Source: Octopus vulgaris (lineage: Eukaryota). From it: a DNA stretch of 64,000 bases. The notes below the pieces were generated by a model that worked only from the letters and a program-made list of their open reading frames with translations, had not been told where the DNA came from and made no database searches. Of this stretch, positions 12,927 through 28,344 are shown one piece after another (positions within the stretch are counted from its first letter, which is position 1; every line of letters begins with the position of its first letter). Where the stretch lies: the NCBI GenBank assembly GCA_951406725.2, contig OX597835.1, positions 33,542,001 through 33,606,000 of the forward strand, in the 5' to 3' direction. Both the position numbers and the translations under genes were made by a program.

Positions 12927-13790
12927 ATGGTCACACACAGAGGACAGGTTCGTAAACAGTTTACGTCAATCAAATTTACCTAAAAAGTATTGGTCGACCG
13001 AGGCTCTACAAGAACACGATACTCGCCCAAGGCACCACGTAGTGGATCGAACCCGAAACCACGTAGTCGCAATCCCCGTTTCTTAACCCCACAGCCATGC
13101 CTTCCTACGCCTTTGAGCCAGATTATTTTGAGTCGTAGTCTATATCTTTAAAGTGAATATTTCGAAAATTTATTCCTGGCATATCTTCTGGTCACTTTTG
13201 GTCATCTCCAAAATATCGGATGCGATAATAACATATGATGTCGTTACTAAACTGTTTGCTTCTTTTTTGTTTTTATTGCTCTTCTTTTCAACGCCATAAT
13301 GCGGAGAGAATATCGATATATTGAAGAGGAAATTATACTGGAGATTGTCGTCTATATCCACCAGGCATTTACTTTGTCTTTCCGTTATCATTGACTATTT
13401 ACTGTACGAAGACATCATTTAGCTTTTTAGTAAAGCACCGATTCTAGCTATACGTTCCTCTTTATTGTTTTCTCGTTTCACTACCAATCACTTCAGACAT
13501 CTTTTCTTCTTATATAAAATATCGAAGCACATTTTCATAATAGAGCTGTCTTTCCTTTGATGCTAGTCAATAGATTTCCCAATACATGTGTTCCTTTATA
13601 CATCTCATTTATCTTATAATCTACCATACATATTTATTTTAAATATATTTATCCTAACTACATGACCCTACTGTGCATACATGTCTCTCTTCTCTATATT
13701 ACACACAGTTTTCAGCACTCTTGTCAAATACAATAGTCTACGATATAGACTATTATGTCATGTCATATAACGCACTTTCCTACATATGTA

Positions 13791-13893
<103 letters not shown>

Positions 13894-13945
13894 CTAAATA
13901 TGTGTATAGGCATTTATGTACAAAGAGGTAAGTTGCAAGAATCAA

Positions 13946-14185
13946 GGCGGCAAGCTGGCAGAGTCGTTAGCGCGTCGGACAAAATGCTTAGCGGTATTTC
14001 GTCGGCCGTTAAGTTTTGAGTTCGAATTCCGCCGAGGTCGACTTTACTTTTCATCCTTTAGGGGTCGATTAAATAAGTACCAGTTACGCACTGGGGTCGA
14101 TATAATCGACGACTTTGTCTGTCCTGTTTGTCTGTCCTTGTTTGCCCCCTCTGTGTATAGTCTCTCGTGGGTAGTAAAGAAATAG
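13946..14185 (+). mobile_element. SINE family B, full length, with 18-bp target site duplication
   Basis: GGCGGCAAGCTGGCAGA head, GAGTTCGAATTCC B box, Meta-domain-like CTTTTCATCCTTTAGGGGTCGATTAAATAAGTACCAG; AGGTAAGTTGCAAGAATC at 13926-13943 and 14184-14201. Confidence 0.9.
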
Positions 14186-14954
14186 GTAAGTTGCAAGAAT
14201 CGTTAGCGGGTTGGACAAAATGCTTAGCGACTTTTCTTCCAGTGCTTTACGTTTAGAGTTCAAATCTAGCCAACGGTAGCGTAGCTGTCATCATTTTGGG
14301 CTTGCTGGAAAGAATCTACCTGGGCAGATGTATTCTGTTTGTCCCGTCTTCTGTAAAATTACTAGCCCTGAATCCTACAACAGACAAGCGTCCACCTCAC
14401 GGGGAATACTATCTCGGTCTCGTATACGCCGGGAAACCGGACAGCCGGCCTTATAACTCTTAGGGCTGCAGAAAACAATATGCATAATATATATACAAAT
14501 ATACGTGTGTGGAGGGTGTTATAAGGTTTGTAATAAAACTAATAGTCCTGCAGTTTTCTTCATTGTGTTTAAGCATTTCCATCTTTCCGGTGAACGTTAA
14601 AATAAGACGCTGACGGCGGGAGCTAGCGAGACCCTTCGTAAGGATATTTGCAGGCAAATAATAAAATGAAGAATGGCAATAATTGAAACCAAGAAAGAGG
14701 AGCAGTGTTTACTGAGTTAAATTTTGAATTTGATTTCGACTAAGTGATGGGTAGTCACCTTTTAAGAATAATAGCCAAATCTCCCTTAAATCATTCTCTG
14801 CCATCAAAAATCATAAAGAAGTACAAACTAAATTGCAACAGGTCGGTATCCCGTTCGTGGGGAATATTGTGATCTCACTTACTTAAAAGCCATGGAAACT
14901 GGGTAATTGGCCTTTTGATGCTAGGGCTCAAGAAAGCTATAAAAGAATACACAC

Positions 14955-15200
14955 ACCCTGCTAGGGCCGACTAAATCCTTGTGATTTGATTTGGTGGACG
15001 GAAACTGAAAGAAACCCCACTGTTTGTTTATGATTATGTGTGCGTGTATTTGTGTCTGTGTTTGAACTCCACCATCACTTGACAACAGATGTTGGTCTGT
15101 TTACGTCCCCATACCTGAGCGGTTCCGCAAAAGGGACCGATGGAATAAGTGCCAGGCTCACGAAGAATAATTCCTGGGGTCGATCTCTTCGACTAAAACC
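14955..15200 (+). mobile_element. SINE family A fragment (diverged)
   Basis: Similarity to middle and 3' part of family A. Confidence 0.75.
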
Positions 15201-15454
15201 TTAGCAATCCACATTATGGATTTTTACTTTTAGCTAACCATTTTGGTTCACCGCATGATGGTCAGCTCCATTTTGCTTTATTTTGACCGTCCACCCCTTA
15301 ACGTGGTGGTCTAGCCCAGCGTCTGTACATCACCTATAAAATGGAAGGGTTTTGCCCGTTATTTCCTTCAGCTTGAACAGAATTGTGACCGGAATCCTTG
15401 ACGTTATGTTTCCCATATTTCCAAAATTTGGACATAATTATTATCAGGACTTTT

Positions 15455-15707
15455 GAGCTGGCAGAAACGTTAGCAAGGCGGCGAGCTGGCAGAAACGTTA
15501 GCACGCCGGGCAAAATGCTTAGCGGTATTTCGTCGGCCGCTACGTTCTGAGTTCGAATTCCGCTGTGGTCGACTTTGCCTTTCATACTTTCGGGATCGAT
15601 AAATTAAGAACCAGTTACGCACTGGGGTCGATATAATCGACTTAATCCGTTTGTCTGTCCTTGTTTGTCCTCTCTGTGTTTAGCCCCTTGTGGGTAGTAA
15701 AGAAATA
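15455..15707 (+). mobile_element. SINE family B with duplicated head
   Basis: GAGCTGGCAGAAACGTTAGCA occurs twice, then the full body and tail GTAAAGAAATA. Confidence 0.9.
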
Positions 15708-15717
15708 GATGTTGTAG

Positions 15718-15935
15718 GCGACGAAATCGACGAAATCGACGAAGGCGATGAAGGTGACGTTGGCGACCAAGATGACGATGATAATGATTACAAGGGCGGC
15801 GACGAGGTCGACGTAGGCATTCAAGGCGACGTCGGCGACGAAGACGACGATGACAACGACGATGACGATGACAACGACGACAACGATGACAACGACGACG
15901 ACGATGACAACGACGACGACGATGACAACGACGAC
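15718..15935. repeat. degenerate (GAC/GAT)n trinucleotide repeat
   Basis: Tandem GACGATGAC(AAC). Confidence 0.9.
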
Positions 15936-16456
15936 GGGGGTGACACCGATTGAAGCCGCAACAGCGATAATGATAACAATATAGCACAAAGATGATTAAA
16001 TAAGATCATCTTCTTGATGTGACACACAACCAGACTCGCTGAATATGAAACAAATTTTGATGACAATCTAGGCGCCATGTCTGCGCACAATACACACACA
16101 ACCGCTGGAAGAATGGCTTCTGCCATCATTTCTCTTTCTTTTTTTTTTTATTTTGCCATCTTCACATAAATAGAGAATATCGAGTAGGACTGACCAGAGA
16201 AATAATAATTATCGTGTACAAATCAACTAATTAGATTTATGTGATCGTTAATTGGCATTATAATTGATAGATTTCGTGAGATGATTTTCGATATTAACGT
16301 TTTGATCTGTAGTTATATGTGTTTGCATCTTAATGCATATGTATTTATACAATACACGTGCGTGTATATCTATATATGTGTATGTATATATGTGTGTGTT
16401 GGTAGCACAATGAGATAGACTCGTACTGACATATTCACACACACACATACAGATAT

Positions 16457-16493
<37 letters not shown>

Positions 16494-16589
16494 CACACAC
16501 AAACACTCGCACGTAGGAATTCATAGGAAAGTGCACATAGTTGCGTACGTGCCCTCACGAAAATTTGAGGCACATTCACACGTAAATGA

Positions 16590-16629
<40 letters not shown>

Positions 16630-17009
16630 CCGTGTATGTGCGTGTATGTGTGCGTGTGTGCTTGTATATTAGAGTATGCGTGTATAATGCGTATGTATAT
16701 GTGTGGTTCAATGGTATTTAAGGTGTATGTAGAAATGAATATAAGCATACACACACTCACACGCATACACGCAAACACACACGCACAGAGGCACACATGT
16801 ACAGAAGCAATACAAACTAAAAATACGTACACTTTTGAACATGCAAAAGCTCACACATTCACACAGATATGAATGTGTGTGTGTGTGCATATATATGCAT
16901 GTGTGCGCCCCTGCGTATGCAGCTGTGCGTGTATATGTGTTTATGTAAGTGTCTATGTGCCTTAGCGAGCGTATGTGCATATACATTGTGTTTATGTGTG
17001 ATGAGAATG

Positions 17010-17617
17010 GTGATGAGGAGGAGGGACATGAGAAGGAGGAGAAGGAAGAGTAGGAGGAGGAAGTTTAGGACTAGGAGGATGAAGAGGAGAAGCTGACGAC
17101 GATGAGGAAGGGAAGAAGCAGCTGAGGATAAACAGGAAGAGGAAGCTAAGGACAAGGAGGAGAAGGAGGAGAAGTAAGCTGAGGATAGGAAGAGGAAAAG
17201 CAGGAGGAGCAGGAGTGGCCTGCAGTGTAGGTTGAGGAGGAATCTGAGGTGGATGGGAAGAATCTGAGCAGGAGGAGGAGGAGGAGGGAGAAGCTAGAGA
17301 AGAGAAGGATGATGCTGTGGAGGTTGAGGAGGAGGGGAGGGGAAGAGGAGGAGAGGAAGGGGAGAGGTGGTGGTGGTGGTGGTGGTGGAGAGGGAGGACG
17401 AAAAGGAATCTGAGGATGAGGAAGAAGCTGAAGAAGAAAAGGAAGCTGCGGAAGAAGAGGAAGCTGATGGGGATGCGGAAACTGAGGAATAGGATGGAGA
17501 AGCTGTGAAATGATGATGTGCAAGAAAAAGAAGAAGAAGAAGAAGAAGAAGAAGAAGAAGAAGAAGAAGAAGAAGAAGAAGAAGAAGAAGAAGAAGAAGG
17601 AGAAAAAGAAGAAAAAG

Positions 17618-17649
<32 letters not shown>

Positions 17650-17672
17650 GAAGAAGGAGAAGCAGAAGAAGA
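17010..17672. repeat. purine-rich low-complexity tract ending in (GAA)n
   Basis: GAG/GAA repeats; near-pure (GAA)n at 17530-17672. Confidence 0.9.
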
Positions 17673-18253
17673 AAATCAATAGCAACAAACGCACAGCAAT
17701 AGCCATAACTATTAGCGACATTAGCAACAAGAATAATGATATTAGCAACAACAAACATACACACACACATATATATATAAGCACACACACACACACAGCC
17801 ATACACACATATCATATACAACCCACACATACCCACTTATTTAAAGACACCGAGTTAGTCTGGAACAACGTTTAACAAAGAATTGACAAATTAGCTTATT
17901 TCAAAGACAGAAATTGGTTATCATAAAATTGGTTCGGAATTCTCTGATGATTAATTAGCTGTCGATAAGATAAATTGTCTGACTATTGTTGAAATGGAAA
18001 GACAGAGGCCATGTTTTTAGGAAAATGTATTCTTCATATATTGTGAAATTATCCGGCTATTGTTCACACATGATGAGAGAGAGAGGAAGTGAGAGAGAGA
18101 GAGGAAGTTAGAGAGAGAGACGAAGTTAGAGAGAGAGAGGAAGTGAGGGAGAGAGAGAGAGGGGTCATCATGTTTCTAGAAATGTGAAATCGTCACATGA
18201 TGAATCATTGATTTACAAATCAATTAAGGGCAACCGCCATATCAAGTCCATAT

Positions 18254-18327
<74 letters not shown>

Positions 18328-18393
18328 AATTACTTGGAAATGGATGCGTGGCGTTCAATCATATAATAATATTAATCATATATACATGCATAC

Positions 18394-20069
<1,676 letters not shown>

Positions 20070-20423
20070 TATATATATATATATATACATATAAATAAAT
20101 ATCTGTAAATATAAACCATCTGATCTTCTGATTACCTCATTTCTTCTAACATATATATATATATCAAACTGATACTACGCTCTGTCTTCTCTCAGATTTG
20201 ACAAACTGGTCTATAAAATTAAAACTGACCCCCACCCCGTAATTAAATCTAAATAACAGCAATAATCAGTGCAAAACATTGTCTTTATTTGAAAAAAAAT
20301 TCAGTTACAACTGTGATGTTGTTAGTAAAACATGTTCTTTGTCTATGTTCTCATCCTCTTGGAGATTTTGGATAAAATTATTCTAATATGTCCTTCAAAT
20401 TTAATGAAATTCTATGATTTTTG

Positions 20424-20510
20424 TGCAACTGAAGATTGCTCTACATTTTAAATTGATATAATGTTTGCATTGTTCAATTAAATGTAGTTGCATGAAACGA
20501 TCGTACTGCA
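20424..20510 (+). ncRNA. type I hammerhead ribozyme motif (PLE-like terminus, family P2)
   Basis: TGCAA-CTGAAGA-[long helix II CTACATTT..AATTGA / TCAATT..AAATGTAG]-GAAA-CGATCG-TA^CTGCA; one mismatch at the base of helix I. Confidence 0.75.
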
Positions 20511-20645
20511 TTACCTCTGTATATCCTTGTTGCTTATTTTGATTATAATCACCTTATTTTAAATTGTATTGATAATACGATGCTAATTTCTGGTGCCTCA
20601 ACTTAAGTACCATATTCATCTGAACCTAAATTTTATATATATATA

Positions 20646-20864
20646 CTTTATTTAAAAGCAGCAGAAATTTAACAAAAGCTGTTACTCGGAGTTTCACGTT
20701 CCCGTTCGTCGGACAGTTTTGTTAAAAAGACGAAGGGGAACGTGGAACTCCGAGTAACAGCTTTTGTTAAATTTCTGCTGCTTTTAAATAAAGCATATTA
20801 CTTTACCTCTGGTATTTGAGTGCTCTTTTTTCCACCTTGTTTCACATTTATGTGTTTACTCCGG
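20646..20864. mobile_element. head-to-head palindrome of a PLE-like terminus (family P3)
   Basis: 65-bp arms 20646-20710 and 20729-20793 are near-perfect reverse complements; flanked by (TA)n. Confidence 0.75.
20671..20723 (-). ncRNA. minimal type I hammerhead motif, U4C core variant
   Basis: AACAAAACTGT-CCGACGA-ACG-GGAA-CGT-GAAA-CTC-C-GAG-TA^ACAGCTTTTGTT. Confidence 0.65.
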
Positions 20865-20922
20865 TATATATATATACCTGCACATATAAACATACATCTA
20901 TATATATATACATATGCATATA

Positions 20923-21033
20923 TGGGTACAGGACGTCACAAAACGTAAACAACATGAAATACAAAGACACACTGGGTATGCAAACAACGAGAGAAAAAAT
21001 GGAAAGCAAGACAAGTAACATAAAGAACAACCC
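20923..21033 (-). repeat. short interspersed repeat terminus (related to 35978-36030)
   Basis: Both start ATATGGGTACAGGA after a TA-rich tract. Confidence 0.45.
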
Positions 21034-21289
21034 AGAGTACCCATTTTTGTCTTCGATCCCATTGTCTGTTCACATTTGATGCCCCGTTACGAAACGTTGT
21101 AGCCAAAACCATTGCCGGTTATACGTTCTATAGTATATCTATAGAAATAACATTAACAAAATAATGTAAAGTGTGCTGCTGACGCAATGTAACGTGGTGC
21201 TGACATATGAAAAATTTAGTATACCTTACAGCATATTATGTTTGCATAACGAAGTACCATATACCTACAAATCTATGATGATATCTATG

Positions 21290-21695
21290 TCTATTGACTA
21301 GATGAAATTTAAGTTAGATATGGTCTGTGGTCAGTAGGGATAGCTAAAAATATATGCCTAGTTTAAGGGGGTTTATATAAGACTAACTATGACCCAGCAC
21401 ATACAGCTGCGTGCGTGCGCATATACACGCGAGTACTGTCCAAATCTCCGACCAATCACATACAGCTAGCTGGCATTCAATTGGCGTATCAAGTTTCGGG
21501 CATTTTGACTGGGTTTTGGATAGAAAATTCACAAAAAAGTCACTTCTATTGGTTTTTTTAATGTCGTTGCGGGGTGACTGGGGAAATGTAAAGTTGTGCA
21601 CGACCACCCTTGGACGGTTTTGAATGACCATAGAAAGTGCGAACCCTCTAACTGAAAAATTGTGGATTTGTATAAAGGACACGCACAAACACACC

Positions 21696-21782
<87 letters not shown>

Positions 21783-22080
21783 TTTGCCGTTTATATATAG
21801 AGAGATAAAACTACAATTAAGTGGATAAAGGAAACAAATTAAAGAATTAAAAGTTAAAAGTTAAATTAAAATTAAAAATTGGTATAGAATTAAAATATAG
21901 AATTAAAAATTAATATAGAATCTATTGTTACCTCATCCAATAAGCGTAAGCTTAATTAAAATGAAAATTAAGCGTAAACTTAATTAAAAATTTATATAGA
22001 ATTAAAATATAGAATTGAGTTATAGAATTAAAAATTGATATAGAATTTATTGTTATCTCATGCAATAAGCGTAAACTTAA
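21290..22080 (-). mobile_element. inverted copy of the 3' region of the adjacent PLE, split by a Helitron-like insert
   Basis: 21290-21380 plus 21806-21880 are the reverse complement of about 23530-23700. Confidence 0.7.
21383..21805 (-). mobile_element. non-autonomous Helitron-like element with internal (CA)n
   Basis: Minus strand starts TCTCTCTATATATAAACGGC and ends GCTGGGTCATAGTTAG then T; cleanly splits the host repeat with no TSD. Confidence 0.6.
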
Positions 22081-22319
22081 TTCCTACTACCTAAATATAT
22101 ATAATAATGACATAGGTCACTACAGCGAAAACGCTAACACCGAACATGATAGCATAAACCACAAGCGTAGCCCAAGCACTATAACCAGCATAAACCATAA
22201 TACAAACATCCCCGCTTCCGAGGAATGTCGGAGTACGGCTAAAACGAGTGTTATACAAATAACAGTACTGCTACACACGCTAATTACTCTAACACGACTA
22301 ATACTACCACTACTACTTC

Positions 22320-22462
<143 letters not shown>

Positions 22463-22505
22463 ATTGCCAATCCCCTAATACCATCCTAAACTTTAACTTG
22501 TCCAT

Positions 22506-23015
22506 TTGTCCATAAATAGTACAGCAACTCCCCTCTCCATAACTAACCCATGTAAAAGAGATAGTTGCAACTGCCGATGCGAGACCGAATGCCCGCTGCA
22601 AGCCCACTGCAGAAGATTTAACATAGCATACAAATGCACTGTCCACAACATATTACGCAATTCTACTAGCTACTACATCGGGTCTACTATTAATTTTAAA
22701 CAGAGATATTCCGCACATCTAAACTCATATGAAGAGCATAGCAAATCCACGTCCCTAGCCAACAATATACCCCCTCTGATAAATAGGAAACTACTGTATA
22801 GGATATCTTGGGCCATAACAGATTCTAGTGTCCCATATCAAGGCCAGCGATCTACATGTGAACTTTGCCTGAAAGAAGCCCTCCAAATATTAATTCATAA
22901 TTCACTGTAATTACTCGATAAACAACACGAAATATTTTCTACATGTAAGCATAATTTCTTTTGCACCTTTACATTCTTCCATAGAGCCAAATGCAAGCAA
23001 AATCCACACACATAA
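22506..23015 (+). pseudogene. Penelope-like element GIY-YIG endonuclease remnant
   Basis: CNCRCETECPLQAHC linker, IAYKCTV...YYIGST..FKQRYSAH, CELCLKEA; one internal stop at 22908-22910. Confidence 0.85.
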
Positions 23016-23084
23016 CACTTGCCTGTATAAAACCTTGGTCGTTACAATATACGTACCTTTTCCTTTTCCTTTTTTTCTCTAGCA

Positions 23085-23472
23085 GCATAAATTAAATTAT
23101 GAAATCAAGCAATTATGGAACAGGTAGTGGTTGTACACCTTGTGCATATGCGCAGTATCTTTGGTTACTATGGAAACAGTTTTTTGCCAACAGTTATGGA
23201 ACACGTGATTACACTCATTGGTTACGATGGAAACGGAGTTCTTTGCTTACTATGCTAACAGACCTTCACTTGATATGTAAAATACTCGTTTCTGATTGGC
23301 TAAAATACTCAAATTTTGCAAACTTTAAAGGCTAATAACTTTTTAATTATAAATTTAGAGGGAAAATGTTTTTCATTTTCATAATTACTATACAAAACTG
23401 AATCCATGTACCAAATTTGAAAAGAACTTAAACAAAATTGGAGACAGTGACTCTAACCACAAAGATCTCGTT
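23085..23472. mobile_element. probable non-autonomous insertion (Helentron/HINE-like)
   Basis: Distinct composition; motifs TCTGATTGGCTA and TGTACCAAATTTGAA resemble such elements; termini not resolved. Confidence 0.3.
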
Positions 23473-24026
23473 TAACTGCTTTTAATTTTTAAATTTTAAT
23501 TGTAAATTTCAAATTTAATTTTTTAATTTTAATTTTAAATTTCAAATTTTAATTTTTTAATTTTAGTTCTTTAATTTGTTTCCTTTATCCATTTAATTGC
23601 ATTTTTATCCTATATACACCCACTTAAACTAGGCATCTATTTTTAGCTACCCCCTACTGATGACTGACCACATCTAACTTAAATTTCATCTATTTAATAT
23701 CTTCCTCCTACACTTTACCAAAACCTTAATGCCTGACCTCTCACCCTGAACCGACACCTACGAAGAATAATACTGGCATCTTATCTCTATCTTTATTCTT
23801 TTTATTTTTATTTCTATATTCTATATTTTTATTTTTTATGTTTGTTATCCTGATTTTTTATTTGACTTTACTTTCGTTTTCATTCATTCTTTGCCTATCC
23901 CATTCCTCTCTTTTATCTCTTTCTCCTTCTTTTCTTTCTTTCTCCATCCTCTTCTATCCACTCACTCACAACCCACTTCTGTCTCCTTTACGTCTGTATT
24001 TCTCACTCTATATACCCACGTGGAAA

Positions 24027-24292
24027 GGCGGCGAACTGGCAGAACCGTTAGCACGCCAAAGGCGGCGAGCTGGCAGAACAGTTAGCACGCCGGGCCAGAT
24101 ACGTAGCCGTATTTCGTTAGCCTTTACGTTCTGAGTTCAAAATTCCGCCGAGGTCGACTTTGCCTTTCATCCTTTCGGGGTCGATAAATTAAGTACCAGT
24201 TACGCACTGGGGTCGATATAATCGACTTAATCCGTTTGTCTGTCCTTGTTTGTCCTCTCTGTGTTTAGCCCCTTGTGGGCAATAAAGAAATA
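24027..24292 (+). mobile_element. SINE family B with duplicated 34-bp head
   Basis: GGCGGCGA(A/G)CTGGCAGAAC at 24027 and 24061; TATATACCCACG on both flanks (TSD-like). Confidence 0.9.
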
Positions 24293-24410
24293 TATATACC
24301 CACGCGGACTTTACACATACTACCGAACCATTTCAACATGAATGCGTCATTCAAAATACTACCAAAATACTGCCTAGGTTTTCCTAGGATTATACCTAAG
24401 TGCCTACACT

Positions 24411-24800
24411 CAACGCTGGATTAGCCAATAAGCAAAATAAGCACGTGCTTAGGGCACCAAAGAAAGGAGGGAGCACCACAGAAATGGTAAATGGTTTATG
24501 GCACAAAAGAAATCACTTTAAACTTGCTAAAATAATATTCGGGATGCCTTTATCTCTACTGAGTATAGATGCAGATGTGTTACCTAAGGTTAATTTTGAG
24601 GATCTGATCAAAGACTTTGCAATTCAAAAAAGTTGGAGGAAATATTTTTAAAATAACTGTTTTCCGTTTTGTTTCGTTTTGAAAAATAAAAAATTATTTT
24701 GTGGTTGGTTGTGGTTTATATTTTGAATTACATAATCTTTTATGGGGACGCCAAAATCTTTTAACTGTTTAGGGCCTCAATGAGTCTAAATCCAGCCCTG
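24411..24800 (+). mobile_element. hAT deletion derivative
   Basis: TIR-like CAACGCTGGATT / AATCCAGCCCTG; degenerate 8-bp TSD CCTACACT/CCTATGCC; LSLLSIDADVLPKVNFEDLIKDFAIQKSWR resembles the hAT C-terminal dimerisation region. Confidence 0.75.
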
Positions 24801-24966
24801 CCTATGCCTCACGAAAGTACGGACCGACCTCCATACTCTCTGCAAAAAGGTGTGAAGTTTATTCTCATATCTGTATACTTCTATCTACTGTTACTCTTTA
24901 TCCTTCTAGTTTATTCCTTACAAACTGTGAAATTCCCTGTCTAGAACATTCATACAGACTCACTCT

Positions 24967-25042
24967 GTCTCTGATGATAGTATACCCAGAGTACGGACAT
25001 GCTAACCTATCACTTGGAATATCCCAGAAACAGCTGCAAGAC
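24967..25042 (+). ncRNA. degenerate type I hammerhead motif at PLE 3' end
   Basis: GTCT-CTGATGA-...TATCCCA-GAAA-CAGCTG-CA-AGAC; cleavage triplet reads GCA instead of GUH. Confidence 0.65.
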
Positions 25043-25346
25043 TTCAAATTCACCTTACCTTAATTAAATTATCATAAATGACATGAGATATTCGTCCTGC
25101 CTTGGTTTTTGGTTGTCCTTGTCTTCTAATACATACATACAATACAATACATACATACATTATGGCTTCCCCCTCGTTGTCGAGTATGGCCATTGCACGA
25201 AGCTTAACTGTTACTGGCGCTGTGATCGAATGTGACTTTTTAGCCCAGCTAAAGATCTACAATGTCTTGTACAGAATTGGCAACTAAAACCTTTACCGGT
25301 AATAGCCGGCTACAGTTGTAACTGGGCTTCATGTATCTTTGCATAC

Positions 25347-25445
25347 ACACATACATACATACATACATACATACATACATACATACATACATACATACAT
25401 ACATACATACATACATACATACATACATACATACATGCATACATG
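25347..25445. repeat. (CATA)n microsatellite
   Basis: Direct observation. Confidence 0.95.
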
Positions 25446-26063
25446 CAGTCAAACAGACAAACAGAAACATTCATATAGGTGTAGATGTATACGGCAAAAG
25501 TTAATAATTATTGACTCACTTCATTAGGTTATCAGAGTTTTATTCAAGAACAAAAGGAGGCCGAGTTCCTGAAAGCCACAAGAGAATTGGTTACTTTGAA
25601 TTCTTCGAATCTAACGTATCTAAGTGTGATCTTGATGCAGCTTGGAGACGTGTTGTGAAATCTGAGCACTTGATAGGAGTTATTGGTAAACGACTGTTGC
25701 ATAAAAGACCTTTGTCTCCAAACGAAAGAGACAGAGAAGGTAGACAGAGAGATAGAGACAGAAAGAGAGAAAGGTGGTCAAAGAGAGAGACACAGACAAA
25801 AAGACAGAGAGACTGAGAGAGAGAGAGAGAGGCAGTCAGAGAGACAAAGTGAGAGCAACTCGCGTTCTTTTCAATGAACAAATGCTTATAACACTCAGGC
25901 TGTTGCTTTACTGAAACATATTTCTACCAAGTCATTACACTTAGAGATCTTCATATATGCGTATATACTTAACAAAGCCTATCAATACATGTAAATCCAT
26001 ATATTAATTTTTATTTTCACACATACATAGAGATATATGTATATATATAAACATACATAAGAG

Positions 26064-26700
<637 letters not shown>

Positions 26701-26757
26701 TATTATATATATATATATACACACATACATACATATGTGTGTGTGCGTCTGTGTGTG

Positions 26758-26814
<57 letters not shown>

Positions 26815-26899
26815 CGGAGTACATGCGCTAAGCAGTGTTCACGTATAATCACAATTTAGGTTAGTTGAAATGTGTATGCCATTTCGGAATCGTGACACA

Positions 26900-27230
26900 C
26901 TGGATGATTGCATACGTCACTCGATTCTTCCAGGAAACCACCATTTTCAGCGATTTTTGGAGGGGGTACTCTCACATTCATAAAATTGATGGTTACAATT
27001 TTGAGCATAAAACGGTGAACCACAGCATTAGGTTTCTTAACCCGGAAGATGGTACACGCACTCAACACATGGAGAGTACTTAGGTCTCTTTGAAGCGAGT
27101 TAATAAATGACTCTGTGGTACCCAGCGGTTTACGGTAGATTCATACCTTTGTGAATTTATGTGGCGCAGTTGATACGAAAATTGTGATTTGTTTGAGAAG
27201 TTGGTTGAATGAATTTCTAACTTTGGTTTT
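26900..27230 (+). pseudogene. Merlin/ISXO2-like (IS1595 family) DDE transposase fragment
   Basis: TTIFSDFWRGY...HKTVNHSIRFLNPEDGTRTQHMEST*..LKR...DSYLCEFMWR with stops. Confidence 0.85.
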
Positions 27231-27270
27231 TAATTTTTAAACTATTTTGCTAATGTGTTGCTTATTGCAT

Positions 27271-27547
27271 ACTCTTTTTACTTGTTTCAGTCATTTGACT
27301 GCAGCCATGCTGGAGCACCGCCTTTAATCGAGCAACTCGACCCCAGGACTTTATCTTTGTAAGCCCAGTACTTATTATATCGGTCACTTTGCCGAACCGC
27401 TAAGTGACGGGGACATAAACACACCAGCATCGGTTGTCAAGCGATGTTGCGAGGACAAACACAGACATACAAACTCACACACACACACATATATATACAT
27501 ATATACGACGGGCTTCTTTCAGTTTCCGTCTACTAAATCCACTCACA
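27271..27547 (-). mobile_element. SINE family A, 3' two-thirds
   Basis: High similarity to 11032-11440. Confidence 0.9.
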
Positions 27548-27995
27548 ACGCGTTATTGCATTTGCATGCATGTGAACTGCTTAAAACTACAAAATATGTG
27601 TAGTATACTCATTTCTTTTTTGTAAGTGAGGTGGTTGTGAGGTGTGCTAAAAATAACAGCTAAATAACTTTTAGGGTAAATCTTTTAAGTTCGTGGTATC
27701 GCAATGCTTGAAACTACAAAAGACCTGTTGTTTACTCTTTCTTGACAACACGTCCTATTTTTGGGATGTTTACAACAATATGTGCAGTCACGTACTTTGA
27801 CAGCTTCCAAATACTGTTTCCTGACTGGATGAAAAGGAATAAACTTTAAAACTCTGTAACTTTTGAAAAGCATTTTACCGGAAAAAGTGAAATAATTCCA
27901 GCAGTTCAGTTTCGAAAAGTATATTATTGTGCCGAATTTAAAATTTTCGATACAATACAATCCCTGAAATGCTGGCACCCAAACAGACTAAATCC

Positions 27996-28090
<95 letters not shown>

Positions 28091-28282
28091 TATGTATGTA
28101 TGTATATGTATATATATATATATTGTATATAGGTTTCTATATGCAAATGCATGGACTCGTCTGCAACTTAATATTGTAAGAACCAACTCTACATGTGTGT
28201 GTGTAAACATGCATATATATATATATATATATATGTATGTGTATATATGTATGTATATATATGTATATATATATATATATAT

Positions 28283-28344
<62 letters not shown>

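Larger units (their letters stand above)
22463..25130 (+). mobile_element. 5'-truncated Penelope-like retroelement with nested insertions
   Basis: GIY-YIG remnant, long pyrimidine/AT-rich 3' region and terminal HHR; continuity across nested inserts is inferred. Confidence 0.55.

Noticed and set aside
13111-13580. Possible transposase remnant on minus strand
   Set aside because: Many stops and no diagnostic motif or termini
15604-15989. Protamine-like Arg/Cys-rich or Asp-rich ORFs
   Set aside because: Frames of a (GAC/GAT)n repeat running into a SINE; no gene structure
17940-18005. CTGATGA...GAAA hammerhead candidate
   Set aside because: No pairing helices I-III around the motifs
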